NCBI GenBank assembly: GCA_030704615.1
Contig: CM060731.1
Coordinates: forward strand, 71,238,001-71,302,000
Reading direction: 5' to 3'
DNA length: 64,000 bases
Source: Takakia lepidozioides
Lineage: Eukaryota; Plantae; Bryophyta
The number at the start of each line of letters is the position of its first letter. The stretch's first letter is position 1. Position numbers and translations under genes: made by a program. Under the pieces are notes generated by a model. The model ran no database searches. It was not told where the DNA came from and worked only from the letters and a program-made list of their open reading frames with translations. Shown here piece after piece: positions 52,770-64,000 of the stretch.

Positions 52770-53964
52770 GTATGTCATGTTTAGACGAACCATTGTGCTT
52801 CTAGCTCGGCTGGTAATTTCTGAAAATTTAGGAAAAAGTGAATCATGTTCTTGCCAGCAAGCATGCATATTTATCCTTCCGTGCTTTCAACAGACCCCTT
52901 TTCCCTGCCCAGATTACATAGCTTCTAGTCTTAAATAAGGATTCTGCGCCTTGAGGATGCCTGTTCTTGTGTTGAATGAAGATTTGGGCACTAAATTGTT
53001 GCAGAGCAGAGTTGTAGTTGTGCACAGCACTTATTACTGAACCATTGCAAAACCACCAATATGATCTAACATATTGTGTGGCTTCCTGGCACTCTGTACA
53101 AATTCAAGATGATGGGTGTAATTTGGTTTGACCTCACCTTAAATTGATCAGTCATGGACAGCCTCCATTACAAGGGTTTCCAAGATCACATCATAGACAA
53201 CATGCAGGCCATCTCGTTTTGCTTGAAATCACAATTGACCGATAATTGCTGGATGTGCAGGCAAGGCAAAAATACACATGGAGGACATTTTGGCGCTGCC
53301 TATTGACCAAATAATGGATGAGCCTGGTGGTGGCCATCGTGGAAGCTTGTGAATACAAGCACTCTCCTCTCCCCAGAGTTTGAAGCAATTGTTGGCATGG
53401 TAACGTGGGGATAGTTCTCCGATGTACTTCCTATCTGGAGTGAGCCCAACAGTTTACTTTAGCCAAACTCAAAAGAGTCGTGAAATTGTATCACGCCCTG
53501 GACACAATCAGTTTCAAATGTTCCTCTTCACTCTCATGCCGATGGAACAAATACTCTTCTCTCATGAATTTGTCTTCTCTCTCTTCCTTTAGGCATTATG
53601 TCCACAAATCTAGTAAGTAAAAAGCCGAGTCAAAGGCCCTCCTAACCTTGACTCCCATGATGGCACGGTGAAAGATGGCTTTGAACCCGGGGCCATGCAT
53701 AGAGCTAACCCCACCATTCTTATTTTCCTCTTCTAGATTGTGGATTGAGCATACACATGACTGAAATTTTGACATTTGAGGTGCACTTTTGCCTTGTGAA
53801 TCCCTAAATGATCCCTAAATGATCATTCCGAATTGGAAGTAAGGCCCAGGCTTAGCAATAACACTTACATGTTTAGATTTTTAGGAGCCGTTTTTGGTCC
53901 AGCTAAATGAGTGACACCCCAAGTATGAATAGGTGTCCTCATTTGTTCTTGTTGGTTAAGGTCA

Positions 53965-56335
53965 GCAACATGACAGCTGCGTACGAAGACTTTAAGCCAG
54001 ACCAGGATCTCAAGCTAGATCGGGAGGTCTTCACTCAGGCCTTCACGCGCAGTCCCTATCTTGCAGCGGTAGGTCCTTCCGGTCTCCTGTGTGTACTTAC
54101 GCGACTGTTTCTCTCCACAGGACTCTGCTACTGGCTTCTCTCAGCTATTTCACGTTTGCTCCTTTATTGTTGATGGTCGTATCCCTGCCCCAGTGGCCCG
54201 TCTCCGTGGGGCCTCCAGATTGTTGGCTATGAGCAAACCCTTAGGTACTGGCATCCGCCCTATCGCAGTTGGAGAGGTTCTTTACCACCTTGTCAGCTGC
54301 TCACTTTGTCTTCAGTTTCGAGATGCCTTCTCCGGACACCTCTTTCTTCACCAGTTCGGGGTCACCAGTTCGGGGTCGCTACTCCAGGAGGTTGCGAGGC
54401 GGTGGTTCAGGGGATTCGTGCAGCTCTTGATCTTCATCCGGATTGGGTGGTTCTCCAGGTCGACGTCACCAACGCTTTCAACACTGTGTCACGAGCGGCT
54501 ATCTTTTAGGAACTCCGTTCAGCCGAAGGAGATTTCCACCAGCTCATTCCGTTTGTTCGATTATTCTATGCATCCACCTCTCCCCTCTACTATAGTCGTC
54601 CTCGCCTAGGTGAGTGCTCCATCGTTCAGTCCGAGGTTGGGACCCGCCAAGGCGACCCTTTAGGAGGACCTTCGTTTGCCATGGCTCACGTCCGCGTCCT
54701 CGCGACTTTCTTTTGCACAAGTACACTCATCTTGTCTTTTTCCGTCGGTGGCAGACAACACGCACATTGTAGGCCCTACCTCACAGGTACTTTCAACTTA
54801 CCATCATTTTGTCACCCAACTCTCCACCACCCAGTTCACAACGTCCTTCTTGGAAGATGCACTCCACCAGGATGTCACCCACACCGATCTCCTTCCTAGG
54901 CTCGGAGATGTACAGGTAGCATATGGAATCTTGACCAAATGTTTCCTTCAGCGTCCCTCATATCTCTTGCACATTGTTCCACCCAGCCCATATTTCCTAT
55001 ACCTCTTATCTGGGTTTGATAAGTATTACTATCTTCGGGAGATTGTTAGGACCAGGAGCTCTAGAGGGTGCTCAGGGACTTTTGCCACGACAACAAGCCA
55101 CCCTGCCCGTCTCTTTTGGTGGTGTGGGTCTTTTGTCCACTGTCACTACCGCCCCGTCAGCTTTTCTCGGCAGTTGGGCGTTGATTGCGCTAGCCCTCGC
55201 TTCATGATTTCTCTGTGACCATCGTCCCATCCTTATGGACGCTGTTGCACATTTCGACAGTGACATTTTACCCTTCCAGCAGCATCTCCGCTCTGCACGA
55301 GATCTTTTTCCGGTACAAGCGCGAGCATGTCTACCACCATTTGAGCAGTTGGTTGCTTAAGGCCTTGACCATCTTCAGGAGTCCATTTTCGAACGCGCGC
55401 ACCGTCATTCATTTTCCGGCATGCTCTCAAGTGCTTCTTCTAAGTTGCATCGAGCCCGACTTCTATTATGCGCAGGATCCGGAGCAGGGGCATGGTTGGC
55501 AGCACGACCCACTATCGCACATATACGTCTCTCATTATCTATTTTCATTACTGCGCTCCGCCTTCCACTTGGTTTGCCTCATCCTTCAGCATTGGGTCTT
55601 CAGCGCTGCGTCTGTCTTCAGCCCATCGATGACCTTGCCATCTATCTTTTCCGCTATCCATGTGGTGGTGAGCGCACTGCGTCTCATGATATGGTTCGCG
55701 ATGCGGTGACATCTATTGCTCAGGATGCAGGGTATCATGTACTGCGTGAGCAACCACATCTACGACCCACGCTCACGTCCCACTCTACACGTCGTCGTGT
55801 TGACATCGTCCTATCTAGAGATGGTTTGCGTACCCTAGCGGATGTCGTTCTCGCCGACCCCACTCGAGCGGATCTGCTATCTCGCGCAGCTACCACACCA
55901 GGCATGACAGCCACTGTAGCAGCTCAGGCCAATAAACGCGACTACAGCGATCGTCACCCCACCGACAGATTTCTTCCGCTGGCGGTCGAGATATTTGGCT
56001 CATTGCACCTACACTTCGACGATTTCCTGTGGACATGTGCACATCATGCAGCCAAGAGCGGGTCCACTGGCATCCCACATACCTCTGTCCTTGTCACCTA
56101 CTATCGACAACGTGTTTCAGTTGCTTTGCAGAGAGCACAAGCATTATTTATTTTACATCGGGCTGATGTGGCTAGCTCCGCGTCATCTCATCTTCCGCCT
56201 ATGCCTGACACTTTGCCTATCTCCTTGCCTGATCTCCTCTAGGTTGTTGGCTAGGACGGTCACTTTGCTTGAGTAGCTTACTGTAGCTTCTGTTTTCTTC
56301 TCTAGCTGAGTTCTTGTTATAGTTTTTTTTTTTCT
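53965..56335 (+). mobile_element. CRE-clade non-LTR retrotransposon (RT plus restriction-like endonuclease), 5'-truncated and decayed
   Basis: IRPIAVGE, HQFGVATPGGCE, DVTNAFNTVSR, GTRQGDPLG, VADN, then CVC...CGGER..SHD.VRD, RRVDI...ADV, FLPLAVEIFG, RVSVALQRAQA. T-rich 3' end. Confidence 0.85.
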
Positions 56336-56667
56336 TCTCTTGTTTCTTGTTCCTCCCCCCCTTTTTTTAACTTCTCACCCTATGCACGTTCACCCATTGT
56401 ACATGTTGTAAATAATGTCTTATAGGGTTTCATCATCTTTAAGACCTTTTTCTGATTGAGTGGGCAATATCTTTAGGATGCCAGCTAGTGCCAAGTTTTT
56501 GTTTCTCGGCAAGACAGAAGGCCACGTCCACAAGTTCTGGCTAAACCCTAATATATTTTAGCCAAAAAATCACATTATAGCCCAAATAACTATATTGTTA
56601 ATAGTTGAATTATTGAAGGGGAAGAAGAGTTAAATCTCAAAGGGTGTCATATGCCCTCAAGAGTCAT

Positions 56668-57500
56668 CCATGACCAAAAAAAAAAACCCTAACATATTTT
56701 TTATATTTATTCTAATGATCCCTTAGAGCCAATGTAAGGATCTCTTAAATTGGAAAAAAAAAAACTAAATTGGCTAATGTTACGTTCGTTGTAAGGATCG
56801 CTTATAGCGTTCTAAGCCGCTCTAAGGATTTCATAGCGCGGGAAAACAAATCGGTCAACCATGACGAATAAGATAAACCTTAACATATTTCTTACATTTA
56901 TTCTAACAATCCCTTAATATCCTTAAAGCCAATGTAAGGATTTGTTAGATTGGGAAAATAGAACAAGCTAAATTGCTATTTACGTTCGTTCTAAGGATCC
57001 CTAGCGGCTCTAAGGATTTCATACAGCGGGAAAACATAAATAGCTAAATTGCTATTTATATTCGCTCTAAGATCCCTCTAGGGTTTTTTAGAGTGGAAAA
57101 ACAGAAAAAACTAATTTGCTATTTACATTCAATCTAAGTATTACTTAGAGTAAGAAAATAATAATAATAAAATTGCTATTTACATTCGCTCTAAGGATCC
57201 CTTAGAGCCGCTCTAGGATTTTCTACAGCGGGGAAACAGAAAAAGCTAACTTGCTATTTGTATTTGCTCTAAGGATCCTTCAGAGCCGCTCTAAGGATTT
57301 ATTAGAGCGGGAAAACAAAAAAAATCTAAATGGCTATTCATATTTGATCCAAGCATTACTTAGAGCAAGAAAACAGAATAAACTATATTGCTTTTTGCAA
57401 TTGCTCTAAGAATCCCTTAGAGCCGCACTAAGCCGCTCTAAGGATTTCTTAGAGTGATTAAAAAAACAACACATTCACTCTAAGAGTTTCTTAGAATCAC
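56668..57500. repeat. Degenerate tandem array (~75-130 bp units) built on the palindrome CTTAGAGC-C-GCTCTAAG
   Basis: Recurrent TTGCTATTTACATTCGCTCTAAGGATCCCTTAGAGCCGCTCTAAGGATTT...GCGGGAAAACA, about 8 units. Confidence 0.8.
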
Positions 57501-58730
57501 TCTAACGAATTTTTATTGCTGATTGAATTGGTATATCAGATTACGATCAATATTATACATGTCATATTTGATGTATACATATGGATATTATATACTTATA
57601 ACAATATACGAATATGAACTCCTATATCAGAATGGACTGGTTTCAGCCCTGGTTTTCACAAAAAAAAAAAAAATTGTATAGAGATTCGAACCCTTATAGC
57701 TATCCATTATAGCATACAAAATTAGGGCCCAAAGGCCTTAAAGATTAACCATAAAGGTTAAAAAAAATTGGAGATTTTGAAATGTAATATGATAAATAAT
57801 TTGATTGAATGGATTTTGAATTTATTGAAATGATGAAGTCTGAGGTTGAAAACATGATATAATATAGTATTATACATTATATATTTATTTATATTAAAAA
57901 TATTTATTACATATTATATTGTTTATATAAGTTTTTAAATTATTATATATTATATTATATTAAATTCGTTAAATATAAATAGTATATTTGAAGTTTTTTG
58001 AGATGTAATATGATAGATAACTTGATTTATTATATTTAATTGGAATGATGAATCTGACATTGAAAGCATGATATAATTGATAATATATTTTATTTTATAA
58101 TACATAATTACATCATTATGTTTATATATATAATAATAATATTGATTCTTTTAAATAAATATTTTAGTATGTTCATTTATAAAAATATATAAATTTTTAA
58201 GATTTTAAGTTTGAAATATGAAAATGTAATGATAAGAAAGTGATATGAATAATAATTATGTAGTAAGTAAAATAACACATGATTGTAACTGATAATGATT
58301 GATTTATGATAATAGATGGAATGATAATTGACTGGTTGATGGATAGAATGATAGTTGATTTGTAGCGACGTCATTAGATTATAGCTAGATTTTAAAATAC
58401 GTTTATTTTTTTTAAATTTAATATAATATAAATATTCATTCGTTTTTCATATACTTATTTTTAATATATATATAATTCTGATTATAAGTAAATATGTATA
58501 ATCTCTAAGTTGTATATACTATATTGATATCATGCTTGAATATCATATACATTATAGATTATGATGTAACATTCAAGTGGCATAATCACAATGTAATGAA
58601 TTTTGATGATTTCTTGGGAATATAAGATAGTGTTTTTTGTAGTGTGTCAAATATGTTAGAAGAAAAAAAAAAATGAAAATGAAAAAGAAAGGACGAAGAG
58701 AAAAAATGAAGAGAAAGAAAGAAGAGAAAC

Positions 58731-59615
58731 TTCTATTTCGCTGAGCAACTCACATAGAAATACAAAGAACAGAGATAAAGAAGAAAACATAAATAAAGAT
58801 AGAGAGTGAAAGAAAAAATAAATGAAAGGCTACTTAGAAGAACTAGGAGACATTTCTATTTTGCCACAGAATCGAAAGAACAAAGAAACATAAACAAACA
58901 ACAGAAGCAAAGAAGAAAGACAAACGAAGAGGAAAGAAACAAAACGAAAAAGAGAAAGAACAAAGAAAAAGAAAGAATGGAAATTTCTATTTTGCTGTAC
59001 AATTCACACAGAAATACAAAGAATAGAGATCAGAAAGAAACATAAACAAAGAACAAAAAGCGAAGGAAAAAAACAAATGAAAGCTACTCAGAACTAAAAC
59101 TAGGAGACAGTTCATTTAGCCACGGAACCAAAAGAACAAAGCAACATAAACAAACAACAAAAGCAAAGAAGAAACATAAACAAGGAGGAAAGAAACCAAA
59201 ACGAAACAGAAAGAATGAATAAACAGTTCTATTCCGCTGAACAACTCACACAGAAATACAAAGAACAGAGATAAGGAAAAAACATAAACAAAGAATAGAA
59301 AGTGAATGAAAAAAATAAATGAAGGCTACTGAGAAGAACTAAGAGACGGTTCTATTTTGCCACAGAACCGAAAGAACAAAGAAACATAAACAAACAACAG
59401 AAGCAAAGAAGAAACACAAACGATGACAAAGAGCAGAACTCAGAGACAATTCTATTCTACACAAAAAGCTTGCTTGCAGAAAAAAGTGAAAGAAATGATC
59501 CTCGTTCTGTATACTTATAGAGTTTTCAAAGGAAAAAAAGACAACAGAATGAAAGAGAAAAAAGAAGAGAAAGTTCTATTCTATTGAAAAACTCACACAG
59601 AAAGACAAAGAATAG
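58731..59615. repeat. A-rich tandem repeat with ~250-bp period (3 copies plus a partial)
   Basis: TTCTATT..GCTG..CAACTCACA.AGAAATACAAAGAA.AGAGAT at ~58731, 58984 and 59227; partial copy at 59574. Confidence 0.85.
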
Positions 59616-60949
59616 CTAACTTATGAAGGTTTATTTGAAAATGGATGTCGGTGCATTACAAATAGCTGTATGATCGTTTATCGAAGACAAAATCTTGTTT
59701 TAATTGTAATAAATGTTGTCACCTACAAATAAATAGTACATGTGATTCTTAAAGTTGATATATTTATTATAGTTTGTTTTTATTTTCCCCCCTTAGGACT
59801 CCTTAGGGTTGCCCTAAGGAGTCCTAAAGGCAATAAAAAAATAACAATTTGCATCTTTTTATTCGACTCTCTTAATTAATTACAGTAGAAAGAAAAAATA
59901 GATTGAAATACTTAGAATCAGATTGTTACATGTCCAATCTTTAGATGTTTAGAAAATGAAAGTGAGACTCAATGTTGTGTGATAGATCTTTGAATATATA
60001 TATATATATATATATAACATACTTGTTTAAGAGCATGGTGTAGTTATAAGTGACTGGTTGTATAAAAGTTAAATTTTGCATAACATTTTATTTATTTATT
60101 ATTATTAATAATAAACAGGGGTCTGGCCCTGGAAGCTTTATTGGAATTATTTGAAGGGAAAAAAAATTAAAACCCTTAGAGTGCCACAAGGCTGCCATGA
60201 GGCTGATCGCACGGAGACCGTGCCGGATAACTAAGAACAGTAACTGAGAGCCATTTACCTGGGCATCTCCGACCACAGAATTTCAGAGGCGTTTTAGCCT
60301 AAAATATAGAGTTACCAACTCTTACGAAGAGGACTTGCAACTGTTTGATGGAGAGACAAAAGAAAATAAGCCGGCCCAAGTCCAGCGTAGACTATACGAG
60401 CCTTGGGGGGAATAGGGTTGAGCCCTAAGGAGAACGAGCCCTTTTGAAACAAGACACTATGAAACCGTGGCACCAAAGCTAAGACTAAAGTGGCCTAACG
60501 GATATTCCTACGTGCTAGAGAGACAATGCAGATCTCAAGCAGGGATAAGACCATGCTTTGGAGAACTAGTGGGTAAACTGCCATTGGAGGGATTCGGACC
60601 TGTTGGCGATTGTGGACGCCGTTGCAGGAATTATTTTTAATTATAAATATGTGTTGATTTAATTCGTACAGTAATATAACTTTTAATGATTCTAATAAGT
60701 TTAGGTTATGACTAAAAAGATGAATACTAAAAATAACTAAACAAATGATTAAAATATGAAGAACTATTAAATCTTTTATTGCTATGTGCAACTCGTTCTT
60801 GCACTTGAGTCTAGAACTGGTCTAAAAAACCAAAAAAAAAACGAAAACAAAATGGTCTCCTTCTATCTTTCCTGTCGTATACTTACCATAGAGACGAGCA
60901 AAACTTACGGCACCGGACCTACACCATGCTTGGTCTACTTCAGTTATCA

Positions 60950-61690
60950 AGCTAACCTGTTAGTCTCCATCCTCTCCTTGTGTTTGTCCTCACTGCCACC
61001 CAAACAGCTCTCGTCGCTTAGTCTCTCTGGGGTCGGTGTCGCTTCTGTCGCTCTCATTGGTATCTGCCTCCTACACTAGTCAGGATGGATAGCATGGGGC
61101 CTAACTAGTACCAAGTCTAAGGGTCTAGAGGCAACCCGAGGAACCGTGTGAGCAGGGCGGCACAGCAAACCCCGCCCATGGGACACCAGATTAGACAGTC
61201 GGGAGCGGACTTCTTTCTGGCCCACCAAGCTCAAGCTCTAGTCAGGTCCGATGGCAAATCGTGGTTGGAGTAGGTTCCTCGGCGGATCATTCTCCATGTC
61301 CTCCCCGGACCCACTCGGCCTCCAGCCACCTCCCGGACATGCAGCAGGAGGAATCTTGGGAGGACCCCACTGACGCCCCCCGGAGACAATGGGGGAGGTG
61401 CTTCTCTCAATTCCCATTGACTGCACTCACCTGGACGCAAAGGTAGCTGGCCTTCAGGAACGGGGATCCTTGTTCACTTTCCAGGAAAGAAATAAGAGCG
61501 TGCCTCTGTTCGGGAATGGATCACTGCGCACCTTGGAGGATCGGGTGATCTTAAGCAACAATTCTGCCATCCTAAAGGGAGGGGATTCTTCTCAGTGCTG
61601 TTCGAGACCAAAGAAGCTGCTGAGCGGGCTCTGGCTTACAACCCACATCTCCACAGCCACCATGTCAATATTTTCCCCTGGTCGCCTGAC
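60950..61690 (+). mobile_element. Probable L1 5' fragment (5' UTR plus ORF1 DUF4283-like N-terminus), decayed
   Basis: Frame from 61496 reads ERASVREWITAHL...HPKGRGFFSVLFETKEAAERALAYNPHLHSHHVNIFPWSPD, the plant L1 ORF1 pattern. Frameshift near 61490. Confidence 0.6.
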
Positions 61691-61830
61691 CTGGGGAATA
61701 GGAATGGTAAGCTGTGGGCCCCCAGAATTATCACTGTTTCACAGATCTCAGATTAATACTTGTACTTTCTCCCAAATATCGGCACGCTTTCGGCTTTTAC
61801 CTGGGCTGTTTAGCTGTGTTTGATCCAGAT

Positions 61831-63987
61831 ATGTGCACTGATTCACTGAGACAAGAGTCGGCGTCTGGCTGCTTTGGGGATATGAGGGCTCTATGTAAGG
61901 CAGGACGATTGAAACAGGCACTGCACATTTTGAACCAACAAGGCATTTGGGTAGACTCCCATGATTATGTTTGTCTCTTGCAAGAATGCATTAAGATGAA
62001 AAGCCTAGCAGGGGGGAAGCAGGTGCACGCTCACATTATCGAAAGTGGATGCAAGCCAAACATCTTTCTATTCAACACCCTTCTCAACATGTATGCTAAG
62101 TGCGGGAGCTTGGTAGATGCATGCCAAGTATTTCACAAAATGCCTGAACGAGATATGGTTACGTGGAATACATTGATAGCAGGATATGCCAAGCATGGGT
62201 GTGGCAGGGAAGCTCTGGATATCTATGAGAAAATGCAACAGGAAGGGGTGATGCCCAGCAGAGTCACATACATTTGTGTTGTCAATGCGTGTGCCAGCCT
62301 GGCAGATCTGGAGAGGGGCAAAGAGGTGCATTCTGACATCATCAAAGCTAGGGTTATACCAGACGTTATTCTGGAGACTGCCCTTGTTGATATGTATGCC
62401 AAATGCGGGAGCATGAAGAATGCATGTCAAGTGTTTGACAATATTGCCCCACGCAATGTGGTCTCGTGGAATGCAATGATAGCGGGATACGGTCAGCAAG
62501 GGTGTGGTATGGAGGCTTTGAATGTCTATGAGCAAATGATACAGGAAGGGATGATGCCAGATAAGGTCACGTTTATTTCTGTTCTCAATGCATGTGCCAG
62601 CCTGGGAGCCCTGGATAGGGGCATAGCGGTCCATGCTCACATCATTGAAGCCAGAGTCATGCCAGATATCATTCTGGAAACTGCCCTTGTTGACATGTAT
62701 GCCAAATGCAGAAGCATGAAAAATGCACATCAAGTGTTTGATAATATGCCTCAACGAAATGTGGTCTCATGGAATGCGATGATTGGAGGATGCAGTCAAC
62801 ATGGATATGGTAGGGAGGCCTTGCAGATCTATAAGCAAATGCTATGGGAAGGTATAAAGCCCAACAAGGTCACTCTCACCTGTGTTCTAAAGGCATGTGC
62901 CAGCCTGGCAGCCCTGGAAAAGGGCAAGGAGGTCCATGCTGCCATCATCAAAGCCCAAATTACCCTAGATATTGTTCTGGAAACTACACTTGTTGACATG
63001 TATGCCAAATGTGGGAGCATGAAGGATGCACGGCAAGTGTTCGACAACATGGCTCCACGAAATGTGGTGTCATGGAGTGCAATAATAACAGGATATGCTC
63101 AGCATGGCTGTGGTAAGGAGGCTGTCCAACTATTTGAACAAATGCAACAGGAAGGCTTAAAGCCAAACGTTATCACCTTTACATCTCTTCTGTCTGCTTG
63201 TAGCCATGTGGGCCTAGTGGATGAAGGTCATCACTTCTTTCGTTCCATGAGTCGAGATCATGGCCTTGCTCCTACAGTGGAGCATTTTGGCTGTATGGTG
63301 GACCTTCTTGGCCGCGCAGGGCGACTGGTTGAGGCAGAGGACTTAGTTATGAAGATGCCACTCAACTCAGCCGCTGGGGTGTGGGGGGCCTTGCTTGGTG
63401 CCTGCAGAATTCACGGCGATGTGGCTCAAGCAGAACGTGCAGCCAAAGGCCTTCTCAACTGCAATCCACAGGATGCTTCTACTTACATACTGCTATCAAA
63501 TATATATGCTGCAGCAGGCCGTTGGCACGATAGAGCAAGGGTCAGACAAATGATGGAGGTGAGAGGTGTAAAAAAGGACCTAGGCTGCTGCTGCATTGAG
63601 GTAAACAGCCAAGTGCATACATTTGTTGTAGAAGATAAATTGCATCCACAAATTGAGGAAATCCATGCTGAGCTTAAGAGATTGTCTGGGCAGATGATGG
63701 AGGCTGGGTATGTTCCCGACACACGCTTTGTATTGCATGATGTAGAGGAGGAGATGAAGGAATTCTCTCTTTGCCACCACAGTGAGAAGCTGGCCATTGC
63801 TTTGGGGCTCATCAGCACCCCTCCTGGAACTCCACTCTGCATCACCAAGAATCTTCGGGTGTGCGGTGACTGCCACACCGCCACCAAGTTCATCTCAAAG
63901 ATTGTTGGGCGAGCAGTCATTGTACGGGATGCCAACCGTTTTCACCACTTCCAAGATGGGGTTTGTTCTTGTGGCAATTACTGGTGA
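61831..63987 (+). CDS. PLS-class PPR protein with E1/E2 and DYW deaminase domain (organellar C-to-U editing factor)
   Basis: Repeated MYAKCG and SWNAMI P-L-S triplets; WGALLGACRIHG; YILLSNIYA; HSEKLA; KNLRVCGDCH; HHFQDGVCSCGNYW. First ATG at 61831; an upstream exon is possible. Confidence 0.97.
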   Translation: MCTDSLRQESASGCFGDMRALCKAGRLKQALHILNQQGIWVDSHDYVCLLQECIKMKSLAGGKQVHAHIIESGCKPNIFLFNTLLNMYAKCGSLVDACQVFHKMPERDMVTWNTLIAGYAKHGCGREALDIYEKMQQEGVMPSRVTYICVVNACASLADLERGKEVHSDIIKARVIPDVILETALVDMYAKCGSMKNACQVFDNIAPRNVVSWNAMIAGYGQQGCGMEALNVYEQMIQEGMMPDKVTFISVLNACASLGALDRGIAVHAHIIEARVMPDIILETALVDMYAKCRSMKNAHQVFDNMPQRNVVSWNAMIGGCSQHGYGREALQIYKQMLWEGIKPNKVTLTCVLKACASLAALEKGKEVHAAIIKAQITLDIVLETTLVDMYAKCGSMKDARQVFDNMAPRNVVSWSAIITGYAQHGCGKEAVQLFEQMQQEGLKPNVITFTSLLSACSHVGLVDEGHHFFRSMSRDHGLAPTVEHFGCMVDLLGRAGRLVEAEDLVMKMPLNSAAGVWGALLGACRIHGDVAQAERAAKGLLNCNPQDASTYILLSNIYAAAGRWHDRARVRQMMEVRGVKKDLGCCCIEVNSQVHTFVVEDKLHPQIEEIHAELKRLSGQMMEAGYVPDTRFVLHDVEEEMKEFSLCHHSEKLAIALGLISTPPGTPLCITKNLRVCGDCHTATKFISKIVGRAVIVRDANRFHHFQDGVCSCGNYW

Positions 63988-64000
63988 ACCCAGCAATGTG

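Noticed and set aside
56990-57500. Palindromic repeats superficially like a CRISPR array
   Set aside because: Repeats are degenerate, intervening sequences are homologous to one another, the context is eukaryotic, and there are no cas genes.
58806-59045. Lys/Glu/Arg-rich ORF
   Set aside because: Translation of the A-rich tandem repeat; the frame is not preserved in the other copies.
62068-63935. Long antisense ORFs over the PPR gene
   Set aside because: Shadow frames of a repetitive coding sequence.

Overview
Eukaryotic nuclear DNA from a non-seed land plant (inferred from intron-rich genes, a PLS-DYW PPR editing factor and a flagellar CFAP157 homolog). Positions 1-15.5 kb form a nested transposon island. 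It holds RTE/RTEX-like LINE ends, a CACTA remnant carrying a SET-domain ORF, an L1 3' end, and a Ty3/Gypsy element inserted in that L1. The Gypsy pol has a complete DNMT3-like C5-cytosine methyltransferase between protease and RT and a PHD finger after the integrase. Host genes follow: VIRILIZER (+, m6A writer subunit, with LINE copies in one intron), a ZIFL-type MFS transporter (-) and CFAP157 (+). The window ends with a decayed CRE-clade retrotransposon, AT-rich palindromic tandem arrays, an L1 ORF1 fragment and a PPR-DYW gene. The main highlight is two unrelated, adjacent transposon classes each carrying a chromatin-writer domain (DNMT plus PHD in Gypsy; SET in CACTA). All calls come from motif recognition by eye; no searches were run.
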